This document shows positions 7,685 to 15,489 of a DNA stretch of 18,711 nucleotides, in pieces. Location: the NCBI GenBank assembly GCA_049971295.1, contig JBMFLH010000035.1:1-18711 (forward strand), written 5' to 3'. The notes below the pieces were generated by a model. That model was given only the letters and a program-made list of their open reading frames with translations. It ran no database searches and had not been told where the DNA came from. This DNA comes from Candidatus Ratteibacteria bacterium (GTDB lineage: Bacteria; Ratteibacteria; UBA8468; B48-G9; DTJG01). The translations under genes were made by a program, and so were the position numbers. How positions within the stretch are numbered: the stretch's first letter is position 1; each line of letters opens with the position of its first letter.

Positions 7685-8777
7685 TTATCCTGCAGAAAGA
7701 TTTGAAAGGTTTTATAAAAATCCAGTGTATCTTACATTGCAAAAGCGTATGAGAAGTATACTTGTTTTTATAGGAGAATCCCGTTATGGGGATTTTATGC
7801 TTTCTTTGCCATTTTTTCAGGCGTTAAGAGAAATGTTTCCGGATTCAAAAATTATCTTTGCAGGCCATAGATTGAATGGTCTTGAAAAATTTTCTGAGAT
7901 ATTGCCATTTGTGGACATTTACTATGAAATGAGGATGCGTAAGAAAAGAGAAGTATTATTCAAATGGCATTCTTTATTTTATCTTTGTTTGAAAGAAAAT
8001 GTTGACCTTTTGATTGATACTCAAAGATATTCAATTGTTAACCTATTGCTTGCCTGTTTACCTGTGCGATACAGACTTGGCTATGGAACAAAGTGTTTTT
8101 TCTCCAACTGGAAGTTTAGCGAGAAAGGTAGGAAAAACATTCACGATATATTTCAACTATTGGCTCTTTGTAGAGTATTAGGTAAAGCGGATATAAAACT
8201 ATATGTTGACATTGAATTTCCTGAAGAATATAAAAATAAGGTCAGACCAATAATTTCTCAATCAGGCAGATGGGTTTCCATTTTCCCAGGGGCATCAGAA
8301 AAGGAGAAATGCTGGCCACCTGAAAGGTTTGCCGCAGTGGCAGATGCTCTGGCAGAAATGGGGTATGCCATTTTGTTACTTGGAAGTTCAAAGGAAAAGG
8401 AACTATTGGTGCGGGTAAAAAGAAATATGAAGTATCAGCCGGTTATTCCAGTTTTTATCAATGATGAATTCGGGAAAAACCCTGTTTACGCTGCCTTGTT
8501 TTGTTCAAAGAGCAAGTTGTGTATCAGCAATGAAAGTGGCGGTGTGCATTTTGCCGGACTTGTTAACACGCCAATCGTTGGTATATATGGGCTGAAAAAT
8601 CCTGTAAAGTGGGGACCTTTGAGTCACAATAGCATTGCACTTTATAAAAATTTACCATGTTCTCCCTGCAAAATGAGGAAAGCAAAACTTGCCTGTCCTC
8701 TTAATAGAAAGTGTTTGCTTGATATTACAGTGGAAGAAGTCATTGAAGCATGTAAAAAGTGTCTTGAAGAGTCTTGA
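7662..8777 (+). CDS. Glycosyltransferase family 9 (LPS heptosyltransferase-like)
   Basis: YGDFMLSLP, IDTQ, FPGAS..EKCWPPERF, ISNESGGVH, IYG...P..WGP, PCSPC..C...C. Start placed at ATG 7662 rather than 7596 to reduce overlap. Confidence 0.9.
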   Translation: MKFYQPVDYPAERFERFYKNPVYLTLQKRMRSILVFIGESRYGDFMLSLPFFQALREMFPDSKIIFAGHRLNGLEKFSEILPFVDIYYEMRMRKKREVLFKWHSLFYLCLKENVDLLIDTQRYSIVNLLLACLPVRYRLGYGTKCFFSNWKFSEKGRKNIHDIFQLLALCRVLGKADIKLYVDIEFPEEYKNKVRPIISQSGRWVSIFPGASEKEKCWPPERFAAVADALAEMGYAILLLGSSKEKELLVRVKRNMKYQPVIPVFINDEFGKNPVYAALFCSKSKLCISNESGGVHFAGLVNTPIVGIYGLKNPVKWGPLSHNSIALYKNLPCSPCKMRKAKLACPLNRKCLLDITVEEVIEACKKCLEES

Positions 8778-8781
8778 TTTT

Positions 8782-9735
8782 TTATACTCTTGCTATCTTC
8801 TGTAGCAGTTTCCATGAGATGGTTTTTCCTTTAAGAAATTTTGCAAGTTTTTTCACGTGACTGAAGTCGTCTTTTACTTCTGTTGCCCAGTGTAAGGTGA
8901 CCGGAACAATGAGAGAAAGCGGTGTTAATGTTTTCATCCAGAAAAGTATATTTTCGGTTGTTCCTGAAAATGGTTTATAACCGGCTATGTAAATGGAATT
9001 ATTTAATACACACGGAACGACATAAAATCCGAATGTTTTGGCCGACGAATATCCTCCGCACACGATTTTGAAATGTTGTGAAAAAACGCAAAAGTTTGTT
9101 TTTTCAAAAGTGTCAAATGGCGGTATAAATGCAACAGGATTCAAAGAAAAATTTTTTAAAATTTGGATGCCTTTTTCAATTTTTTCATTTGTTTTGTGCT
9201 CCGAAAGTCCGACAAATTCAGAATGAAATTTACTCCTTGTTAATGTCTGGTGAGTTAATCCGTGTAGTGCAATTTCTATCGTTGAAAATTTTTTTATTAA
9301 AGAAATTTCTGTGTCTGTCAATTCGTAATAATTCTTCTCGTGTGGATTATGTCGATTCTTACTTAATTGTGGCGTAATACCAAGTAAAAATTTTATTTCA
9401 TTTTCTTCGAAAATGGATGCAAACTTCTCGAATGTTTTAGAAGGATATTCCCAGTGAGGAAAATCATCAACCCTGATCAAAAATGAATTTTCAGACAAAT
9501 TCATATGTTTGCCTGAGAAAAAATGAAATGCCTGTCTGATTTTTTCTATTTTCTTAAGAACGATTAAATACTGTCTATCTCGATACGACATGGAGAATGT
9601 TTTTTTTAATAAATAAAATTTATCAGCGACAAGGTTATAGTGACCGCTGGAAACAAAATTACGAAGGTCATAGTCCGTAATCTCAAAGGGTCTTAATAAA
9701 AACCTTAAACTTTCAAAGATGTTCTCAATTACCAT
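8782..9735 (-). CDS. Polysaccharide deacetylase-like protein (DUF2334/CE4-like)
   Basis: IRVDD, IALHGLTHQ, SEF.GL, FIPPFD, TLHW motifs. Confidence 0.8.
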   Translation of the reverse strand: MVIENIFESLRFLLRPFEITDYDLRNFVSSGHYNLVADKFYLLKKTFSMSYRDRQYLIVLKKIEKIRQAFHFFSGKHMNLSENSFLIRVDDFPHWEYPSKTFEKFASIFEENEIKFLLGITPQLSKNRHNPHEKNYYELTDTEISLIKKFSTIEIALHGLTHQTLTRSKFHSEFVGLSEHKTNEKIEKGIQILKNFSLNPVAFIPPFDTFEKTNFCVFSQHFKIVCGGYSSAKTFGFYVVPCVLNNSIYIAGYKPFSGTTENILFWMKTLTPLSLIVPVTLHWATEVKDDFSHVKKLAKFLKGKTISWKLLQKIARV

Positions 9736-10988
9736 CTGCCTTCCAGTATGTTCACAAACCTTTTTGCCATTTCAATATGACTGAACCTCATAAGCTCTTC
9801 CTTAATTCCCATATATGTTACCTGACCACGTTGTTTCCATTGTTTATATGCATTTACAAGATAGATCTCAATTTCCTGCAAGGTCTGACAATGGTTTCCT
9901 GCCTGTGTTTTTATAAGAAGTTTTTCTATTTCGCCGCCTTTTTCGCCAATAGAAATAATTGGCCTTCGTGCCGCCAGGTATTCAAAAATTTTCGCGGTGA
10001 GTGTACCCTCTTCTCCCTGTAAACTTGCTGTTAGAATGAGTAATATCTGACTTTTTCTTTGAATGGATATTATCATGTGGCGTGGTTGTGTGCCATGATA
10101 CTGAACAATATCCCGAAGTGAGTACCTTGAGGCAAGATTTAAAACCCAGTATAGATCCGGACCATAAAAGTTGATTTTAATATCTTTTTTATCAAGGGCA
10201 TTTTTTTTAACTAAATTGTTTATCGCTTCGAAGAGCATGGACGGATTTTTTGATAAAGGATGCATGGAACCAGTGTAGGTTATGGTGAAGGAATCTGTAA
10301 TCATACTTGTTTCAGTAGATATTTCTTCAGGATCAAATCCATTGGGAATAACAAAGACGCGTTTATCAGGATGGTCTTTTTTAAGGCGATCAGCCATGTA
10401 TTCTGAAACAATGGAAAGGGCATCGGCCCTTTCAAGTACTTTTTTTTCTAAAGATTTTTCGAAACGTGTTCTGAGTGAGTTTCTTCTGAATTGGGTCCAT
10501 GGATCTCTGAAATCCGCCAGCCAGAAAATTTCTGGATAAATTTTTTTCAGATATGATGCAACAATGTGACAGGTTGCTGGGCCAAAATTACTTACAATAG
10601 CTTGAGGTTTTTCTTTTTTTATTATTTCTTTGCCCGCTGATACTGCGAATGGAAGCCATCCGATTCTGCTATCGGGTATGTCTATCATGCCTCTAAAGAA
10701 CGAATAAATCCTGCCGTTAAAACCAGGCAAAGGGCCTGCTATGGATTTCAATCTTCTTCGTAATTCAGGATTGGTCAGATACGGAAGCAACTTCTGATAT
10801 GGGGGATGAGTTTGAACAACATTAAAATAATGTTCGGGTTCATCGGGAAGAATGGTGGTCAAAACGATAACGTGCCATCCAAATTCAGGAAGGTATTTGG
10901 CAAAACCCCGGGCACGGATCGCACCAACCTTTTTCGATGGAGGAAAGTGATACGTGATGTAAAGAACTTTTTTTTTGTTTTTACTCAT
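9729..10988 (-). CDS. Glycosyltransferase family 4 (GT-B)
   Basis: YHFPP...GAIR...AKYL...GW, ADFRDPW, IPNGFD, YTGS, KIFEYLAA.RPI. Confidence 0.9.
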   Translation of the reverse strand: MSKNKKKVLYITYHFPPSKKVGAIRARGFAKYLPEFGWHVIVLTTILPDEPEHYFNVVQTHPPYQKLLPYLTNPELRRRLKSIAGPLPGFNGRIYSFFRGMIDIPDSRIGWLPFAVSAGKEIIKKEKPQAIVSNFGPATCHIVASYLKKIYPEIFWLADFRDPWTQFRRNSLRTRFEKSLEKKVLERADALSIVSEYMADRLKKDHPDKRVFVIPNGFDPEEISTETSMITDSFTITYTGSMHPLSKNPSMLFEAINNLVKKNALDKKDIKINFYGPDLYWVLNLASRYSLRDIVQYHGTQPRHMIISIQRKSQILLILTASLQGEEGTLTAKIFEYLAARRPIISIGEKGGEIEKLLIKTQAGNHCQTLQEIEIYLVNAYKQWKQRGQVTYMGIKEELMRFSHIEMAKRFVNILEGRW

Positions 10989-11002
10989 TTTTTTAAGGTT
11001 TA

Positions 11003-11053
11003 GTATAATTGGATTATTTATTATACACCAAATCAGAAAATTGTACCTGATTT
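11003..11053. repeat. Two adjacent 7-N10-7 palindromes in the upstream region of the 10988 gene
   Basis: GTATAAT-N10-ATTATAC (11003-11026) and AAATCAG-N10-CTGATTT (11030-11053); the first contains TATAAT on both strands. Confidence 0.5.
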
Positions 11054-11176
11054 TTTCTGCACTATTTCTGATTCTGTCAATTGCAAAAACCGGTAATGAG
11101 TTTTGAAATACATATGATAAAAACAGAAAAATTTGTTTAGCCGGAATAAATAATGGTTACTTATTGTAAGATTTGT

Positions 11177-12025
11177 TTAGTTATCCTTTTTACAAACACC
11201 AAATAGCTCTATGGACTTTTTAATCTGTTCCTTTTGATCCACGAGGAAAAATTCATTCATAGAAAATTTTGAAAAAAGATTATCGAATGATAAATTTGCT
11301 GATGTTTGTTTGGTGAGCTGCAACAATTTCAAAACCTTTCGAACTGTTTTTTTAATTGAGGTAACCGGTGTTTTGTAGACTCTTGTTTTTTCTATTTCCT
11401 CAATCCATTGAACAGCTCGTAATCCTTTTATTTGGACATTACTAAAACTGGGTTTCAAGATTTTTAACAATTCCTTGTAGGTAAATTCCTGATAATGTTC
11501 TTTATTAAATGGTTTTTGCCACGGAAGCAATCGGAAATTTTTGTTCGGAGTAATAACAAAAAACAACCCATCTTGATTTAGTAGTCTTTTAACATTTGAA
11601 AGAAAATGAACTATTTGATTAGGATGAATGTGTTCTATAATTTGAGAGGCAATGATGACATCAAACCAGTTGTCAGGGTATGGTAAATTTTCAGCATCCA
11701 AGTTTTCAAATTTTACATTTGGTAGTTTTCTGTTTTCCTGTGCAAATTTTATTGCTTTTGAATCACTATCAATAGCAATAATTGAACATGCTTCTGTATA
11801 GATACGTGTTTCACCATAACCTATAAAACAACCTATGTCGAGCACTTTTCTATTTTTACAGAAAGGTGCAATGAGGTCGTATGTTTTGATGTGCCGGGCA
11901 TGTACCAGGAATGCTGGAAAATTATTTTTATATTTTTCAATGTTCTTAATCTTGCCCTGTTTACTTAAATAATCGACAAGAACATAAAAATCTTCTAAAA
12001 CGGTGGTTTCTATTCTTTTGTGCAT
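11177..12025 (-). CDS. Class I SAM-dependent methyltransferase
   Basis: VLDIGCFIGYG motif I, AIDSD, DAENLPY.D..FDVI, IIEH, ITPN, EHYQEF. Confidence 0.9.
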   Translation of the reverse strand: MHKRIETTVLEDFYVLVDYLSKQGKIKNIEKYKNNFPAFLVHARHIKTYDLIAPFCKNRKVLDIGCFIGYGETRIYTEACSIIAIDSDSKAIKFAQENRKLPNVKFENLDAENLPYPDNWFDVIIASQIIEHIHPNQIVHFLSNVKRLLNQDGLFFVITPNKNFRLLPWQKPFNKEHYQEFTYKELLKILKPSFSNVQIKGLRAVQWIEEIEKTRVYKTPVTSIKKTVRKVLKLLQLTKQTSANLSFDNLFSKFSMNEFFLVDQKEQIKKSIELFGVCKKDN

Positions 12026-13137
12026 AACACCCTTTTGTAAATACTATCTATTTTTTTTCCGATTGCTTCATGGCTAAAGTATTTTGCATATTGAGCTATT
12101 TTATTCGAGGAATATTGTTGATAATGGTCTAAGATATATTCAATGGCGTCAGCCAGAGCTTTAGCATTACGTGGTGGAACAAGAATGCCAATGTCAGGAT
12201 TGACTTTTTCTTGCAGTACTGGCAGACTTGTTGTTATGACTGGTTTTCCGCATGCTATGGCTTCTAAAATCGTAATCCCGAAAGTTTCATACAGGCTTGG
12301 TTGTACATAAAAATCACATTTTCTCATAAATTCTGCAACCTCAGGTTTTGACTTCAATCCATGAAACACCAGCATTTTGTCAATTCCGTATTTTATGGAC
12401 AATTGTTCATATTCTTTTCTCTTGTGGCTATCACCAACAATGTCTAAAACAAAATCCTGTCTTTTTGTCTTAATAAGACTTACCGCTTGCAATAGATATG
12501 AGAAGCCTTTATTTTCAGAAGGCGACCCAACAAATAGCATTTTTTTTAAATCATTGTCTTTTCTTTGCGGAATTGGAAAAAAAATTTCAGTGTTTATCAC
12601 GTTAGGTATAATTTCAAATCTGCTTTTGATTCCATAACATGTTATTGAATTTTTCAAATTTTCACTCACGGGCAAAACAATTCTGGCTCTATGAAAAACA
12701 AAACGCGCTTCCCAGATTTTGAGTTTACTCATTTTTCGTCGAGAAAAAATACTCCAGTGTTCAGATATGATCACAGGTATATGATAGATTTTCCCAAGTA
12801 TTATTGCTGGTAATCCTGCAAGAAAGATATGTGCATGAATAATATTGGGCTTCCATCCATTGCTTAATAATTTTTTGAAGATTCTTATCATGCTGAAAAC
12901 ATATGCAATCTCTTTTAGAAATATTATTTTTTTATACCTTGCTCTGATTGTTCTGATTCCATCTTCAACCCTGTCAGAGACTATTTGATAGAATGTTTTT
13001 ATTTGTTGATCGAATTCACTATAGACCACGATCACATCGTTAAAAATGGACACAGCTTTTGCATGTTCTTTAATAAATATTCCATTGATTGGGCTTTTTT
13101 CAGATGGATACCAGGCAGTAAGAAAAAGAATTTTCAT
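12010..13137 (-). CDS. Glycosyltransferase family 4 (GT-B)
   Basis: WYPS....GIFI.EHA, IIHAH, SEHWS, IPN, NKG, PSLYETFGITILEAIACGKPVI (E-x7-E). Confidence 0.93.
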   Translation of the reverse strand: MKILFLTAWYPSEKSPINGIFIKEHAKAVSIFNDVIVVYSEFDQQIKTFYQIVSDRVEDGIRTIRARYKKIIFLKEIAYVFSMIRIFKKLLSNGWKPNIIHAHIFLAGLPAIILGKIYHIPVIISEHWSIFSRRKMSKLKIWEARFVFHRARIVLPVSENLKNSITCYGIKSRFEIIPNVINTEIFFPIPQRKDNDLKKMLFVGSPSENKGFSYLLQAVSLIKTKRQDFVLDIVGDSHKRKEYEQLSIKYGIDKMLVFHGLKSKPEVAEFMRKCDFYVQPSLYETFGITILEAIACGKPVITTSLPVLQEKVNPDIGILVPPRNAKALADAIEYILDHYQQYSSNKIAQYAKYFSHEAIGKKIDSIYKRVLCTKE

Positions 13138-13600
13138 TTTTTTATTAAGTTAAGCAGTTTATTTGTTTTTTTCATCTATTGTTGCTTCTCTATGATTGTA
13201 TCTCCAGATATATTCTGAGAGGTAGAATTTCCTTTTCTTTTTCCGTTGACGACCTATACATGTCTTACTTCTACTACCCCTTCTAAAGCTTCACCAATGT
13301 CTTTGCTCATCATTCTTCTTGTAAGAGCACAGCATTTTAAAACTTTGTATTCAGTCAGTCCCGTTTGTTCCTCTATCATCTTTATTCTGCCTGATATTAA
13401 AAACCATTTCAGAAATTTCTTCCATTCATACCTGCTTAAATTTAACGGATATCCTTTTTCCTGAATTCATACCGGCAATCCCTGCACCGTAACTTTCCCC
13501 GCCGTACCTTCCAAAACTTCTTTCCAGAACATCCTGGACATTCTACCTTTGTCATAACCACATTATATCTCTTCTAAGTGGCTATTTCCAAAGATAACTC
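13134..13600 (-). mobile_element. Degenerate, internally deleted IS1595-family element (transposase pseudogene)
   Basis: Manual translation in successive frames: 13555..13442 MTKVECPGCSGKKFWKVRRGKLRCRDCRYEF (Zn ribbon); 13454..13254 GYPLNLSRYEWKKFLKWF...LEGVVEV; 13263..13159 TCIGRQRKKKRK-FYLSEYIWRYNHR. These match the IS1595 layout Zn ribbon / HTH / G.VE.DETY.GG / YL.E..WR.N.R, with the catalytic core missing. Boundaries approximate. Confidence 0.82.
13562..13591 (-). promoter_or_regulatory. Putative transposase promoter retained in the IS1595 remnant
   Basis: TTGGAA (13591..13586) - 18 nt - TATAAT (13567..13562), 6 nt before ATG 13555. Confidence 0.45.
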
Positions 13601-13729
13601 TAATTTTTCATTAACTCTTCCTTTGTATCACATATAGATTTTAGAACATTAATTTGATGGAAAACCCGTATCAAATTTTTGCCCCAATAATCATCACCAA
13701 TAACTCTTACGCGTACTTTTTCTGGTCAT
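13600..13729 (-). pseudogene. 5' fragment of a Gfo/Idh/MocA-family oxidoreductase (WbpB/WlbA-like sugar dehydrogenase)
   Basis: 13725..13600 reads PEKVRVRVIGDDYWGKNLIRVFHQINVLKSICDTKEELMKN*, matching the family start V(I/V)G.GYWG.NL.R.F......CD with an eroded Gly motif. The ATG at 13729 (ATGA overlap with upstream gene) is one base out of frame. Confidence 0.7.
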
Positions 13730-14466
13730 TTTTTTGTTCTGACGATTTTTATCCATTCTTCTATTTTTTTAAGTTCTTCGTAGGTATTAATATCACAACT
13801 TTCTTCAGGCGGTATTTTTATTGTATGTATCTTTAGCCCATCTTTCAGGTATTCTGCATAGACATCTGTAAGATAAAATTCACCGGCGGCGTTATTATTG
13901 TTGATTTTTCGCAATTCCTGATAAATTGAATCCGATTCACAAACAATGAACCCTGCATTGACTTCTTTGATTTGAAGAGTTTTTTCATCAGCATCTTTTG
14001 CTTCTATAACTTTTGTGAATTTTCCGTCAACTCGTATCACTCTTCCTTTACTTCCTGGGTTCGGTAAGATTGCAGTAGCTATGGTAATATCGGCACAATT
14101 TTTAATGTGCTGGTCAACAAGATTTCTAAATGTCGAAGTTGTGACAAGTGGTTTGTCCGCATATGTCACAAGAAGCGTACAATCTAAATTCTCAAAAATC
14201 CTGGATGTTGTCAACAGTGCGTGTCCGGTACCGAGTGGTTTTTCCTGAATCACGTACTCAATTCCGTCAAAACTGCGCAGTACTTTTTTTGTTTCATCAT
14301 TATCAGGACCAACCACAACCACAATTTTGTTGACCACAGGCTGTATGGTTTCAATAATTTTTACAATCAAGGGTTTACCCTGATACTCGGTTAAAATCTT
14401 ATGTTTTTTTTCTCTATACCGAGAACTTTTTCCTCCCGCAAGTACGATCCCTGAGATAGTTTTCAT
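13726..14466 (-). CDS. Stand-alone sugar-phosphate nucleotidyltransferase, GlmU N-terminal (uridylyltransferase) domain only
   Basis: LAGGKSSR, K.L....GKP, QEKPLGTGHA, E.KDA, EVNAG, NNNAAGEFYLTD; 246 aa with no hexapeptide-repeat acetyltransferase domain. Confidence 0.88.
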   Translation of the reverse strand: MKTISGIVLAGGKSSRYREKKHKILTEYQGKPLIVKIIETIQPVVNKIVVVVGPDNDETKKVLRSFDGIEYVIQEKPLGTGHALLTTSRIFENLDCTLLVTYADKPLVTTSTFRNLVDQHIKNCADITIATAILPNPGSKGRVIRVDGKFTKVIEAKDADEKTLQIKEVNAGFIVCESDSIYQELRKINNNNAAGEFYLTDVYAEYLKDGLKIHTIKIPPEESCDINTYEELKKIEEWIKIVRTKK

Positions 14467-14473
14467 GAGTAAA

Positions 14474-14501
14474 ATTATACACTTTTTTCTTCTACTTTCA
14501 A
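14474..14501 (-). promoter_or_regulatory. Internal sigma70-type promoter, probably leaderless
   Basis: TTGAAA (14501..14496) - 16 nt - TATAAT (14479..14474), 7 nt before ATG 14466; no SD. Confidence 0.55.
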
Positions 14502-15484
14502 TACTTTTTTGAAAGCAAATCTAAAATTATATCCACGTTAATCTGTTTCATACAGGAACGATGGGAACACGTCTTCTTGTAACAGGGTGGGCAGGTATTT
14601 TTTGCACGAACATAAACAATTCCTGGTGGACAATGATTTTCTGGATTTGTGGGTCCAAATATTGCTATTGTGAAGGTTCTGGTTGCGGCTGCCAGATGCA
14701 TTGGACCACTATCGGTGGTGATAAGCGCCATTGCATTTTCTATAATTAGTGCCAGATCTGAAAAATTTGTTTGGCCTGAAATATCAATAATTTTTCTATT
14801 GATTTGAGATGCTACTTTGTTGTTTATTGACCTGGCATACTTATCGCCTACCAAAACAATAGAAAATCCTTTGTTTATAAGAGAATTTCCTAAATTGACC
14901 CAGTACTCTGTCAACCAGAGTTTTGTTTGCCATTGCGTTGATGCAGCAGGATGAAACACCACATATTTTTTTTCTGCCAGTCCATAGTTTTCAAGATACT
15001 TTTTAAAATCTTTCCTTTTTTTCTCAGAAATCCAGACCTGTAAATGTCCCTGTATGGGCGCGCCGGTGACTTGTTGCCAGAATTTTAACTGAGAATTTAT
15101 TGGATCAAGTCCGGATGCCTTTTTTATCCCCTGGGTTAGCAGAAATTTACCCAATTTTTTCTTATAAAGGCCAATTCTTTGACGACTCCCGATTACAAAA
15201 GTAAAAAAATTGGTTTTTAAATTTCCTTGTAAGTCAATGGTGACATCGTAATTTCTTTTGCGGATAGTCATCATTAGCCCTATAAATTTAAGAATATTTT
15301 TCGGACCAGGTAATGTGAATATTTGCTTAATCAAAGGACAGTCCCGATAGATTTCAGCATAAGTTTTAGTTGTAAGAAGAGAAATTTCAAAATCGTGGAA
15401 AGCTTTTGCTGCGATATCAACGGAGAGAGAAAAAAGAATCATATCTCCAAATGCACCTGTTTTTATCAAAAGTATGTGTTTCAT
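14498..15484 (-). CDS. Glycosyltransferase family 9 (LPS heptosyltransferase, WaaC/WaaF-like)
   Basis: GAFGDMIL, IDLQG, FHP....W.TK.W, TTDSGPMHLAAA, IFGPT.P, CPPCY..C...C. Confidence 0.92.
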   Translation of the reverse strand: MKHILLIKTGAFGDMILFSLSVDIAAKAFHDFEISLLTTKTYAEIYRDCPLIKQIFTLPGPKNILKFIGLMMTIRKRNYDVTIDLQGNLKTNFFTFVIGSRQRIGLYKKKLGKFLLTQGIKKASGLDPINSQLKFWQQVTGAPIQGHLQVWISEKKRKDFKKYLENYGLAEKKYVVFHPAASTQWQTKLWLTEYWVNLGNSLINKGFSIVLVGDKYARSINNKVASQINRKIIDISGQTNFSDLALIIENAMALITTDSGPMHLAAATRTFTIAIFGPTNPENHCPPGIVYVRAKNTCPPCYKKTCSHRSCMKQINVDIILDLLSKKY

Positions 15485-15489
15485 ATTAC

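Noticed and set aside
11075..11080. Perfect TTGACA on the minus strand
   Set aside because: No -10 box at 16-18 nt; the nearest TATAAT is 49 nt away.
13454..13460. G-AAA-AAG at the first IS1595 frame change as a programmed -1 frameshift
   Set aside because: Not the canonical A-AAA-AAG, IS1595 transposases are normally single ORFs, and the remnant has other lesions; loss of one A is more likely.
13246..13464. 72-aa plus-strand ORF in the apparent intergenic gap
   Set aside because: It is the antisense shadow of the IS1595 transposase fragment.
13600..13728. The dehydrogenase fragment is in frame with the GlmU-like ORF across its TGA (readthrough, selenocysteine or fusion?)
   Set aside because: The fragment stops after 41 codons, its Gly motif is eroded, no SECIS-like hairpin is evident and TGA is a normal stop in other genes here; a frameshifted ATGA-coupled pseudogene is simpler.
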